Assembly: GCA_002633005.1 (NCBI GenBank)
Contig: NMRA01000543.1
Coordinates: forward strand, 224,976 to 288,975
Length of the DNA stretch: 64,000 bases
Direction: 5' to 3'
Source of the DNA: Phoronis australis
Taxonomy: Eukaryota > Animalia > Phoronida
Below are positions 63,377-64,000 of the stretch, piece by piece. The notes below the pieces were generated by a model that was given only the letters and a program-made list of their open reading frames with translations, was not told the origin of the DNA and made no database searches. Numbering within the stretch: position 1 is the first letter of the stretch; every line of letters starts with the position of its first letter. The position numbers and the translations under genes are program-made.

Positions 63377-63914
63377 GAAACGCTGGAAAACACTCCACGG
63401 CATTAAACGAATACAAGAATGCAAAGCTCTGCCCACCAATTACACTATCGCCATCTAGTGTCGAGGCATATTTCATGATTAGATGCCTATATCCGATGAT
63501 GGCTATTAGAGAAAGCTTACCAGCATTACAATTCCTTTGATACTAAAACAACTAAAACAATTTTAAGACGATGTCACCTTATAAATACAGAGCTGAACAT
63601 GCAAAAGAAATCTGAATCGATTCTCCAACTCTTAGTAACCAAAAATTCATAGCTCAAAATATCACACCACTTGTAGAATGAAATTTGGCGAATACCAAAT
63701 TGGGAAGAGAAACCTATGTTTGAAGTAATTCAAAAACACAAAACAACAAACAGGGGAAACTATTAAACACAGGTCAATCAGCATTTTCATGAACAAAATA
63801 GCACAACATTTTACTTACCAGCTATAAGAAACAAAGTCAAAAGGTGTGTTAGTATGCCAACATAATGTGTACCAATAGTGCGGAGAACGCCGAAACTTAA
63901 CAACAGTGAAACTT

Positions 63915-64000
63915 AATGTCCCCTCCTGCGGGTTGGCAATGTCCCCTTCTGTGGATAGGCAATGTCCCCTTCTGTGGATAGGCAATGTCCCCTTCTGTGG
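63915..64000 (+). repeat. 23-bp tandem repeat running off the window end
   Basis: GGCAATGTCCCCTTCTGTGGATA repeated about 3-4 times. Confidence 0.85.

Noticed and set aside
60493-64000. Further UPRT exons
   Set aside because: Donor-like sites at ~63520 and ~63818 do not precede sequence encoding the expected UPRT segment (…KVLLMYPIL); upstream exons presumably lie beyond the window.

Overview
Eukaryotic (animal, invertebrate-like, roughly 36-38% GC by eye; lophotrochozoan origin plausible but not provable here) genomic DNA with spliced GT-AG genes, so most short ORFs in the ORF track are noise. Reading exons by hand gives a compact gene cluster: RPF2 (+, 8 exons, 306 aa), an ankyrin-repeat/SOCS-box gene (-, single coding exon, 330 aa), GET1/WRB (+, 5 exons, 171 aa), lebercilin LCA5/LCA5L (-, 5 coding exons, ~733 aa), an SH3BGR-family gene (+, thioredoxin-like core plus an array of phase-0 acidic mini-exons) and the last two exons of UPRT (-). 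The GET1(+)/LCA5(-)/SH3BGR(+) order and orientation match human 21q22. The most unusual local feature is the SH3BGR C-terminal tail, built from duplicated 36-81 nt frame-preserving exons, six of which carry GCATG (Rbfox-type motif) 8-12 nt after the exon end, one with a broken donor. Introns and UTRs contain several non-autonomous transposon families (9-bp-TSD foldback/MULE-like, 6-bp-TSD CAGGG-ended, TA-TSD MITE, tRNA-derived SINE, Helentron-like element with ~150/450-bp internal satellite) and two duplications around single N bases that look like assembly artefacts. No prokaryotic systems, CRISPR arrays or rRNA/tRNA genes were seen.
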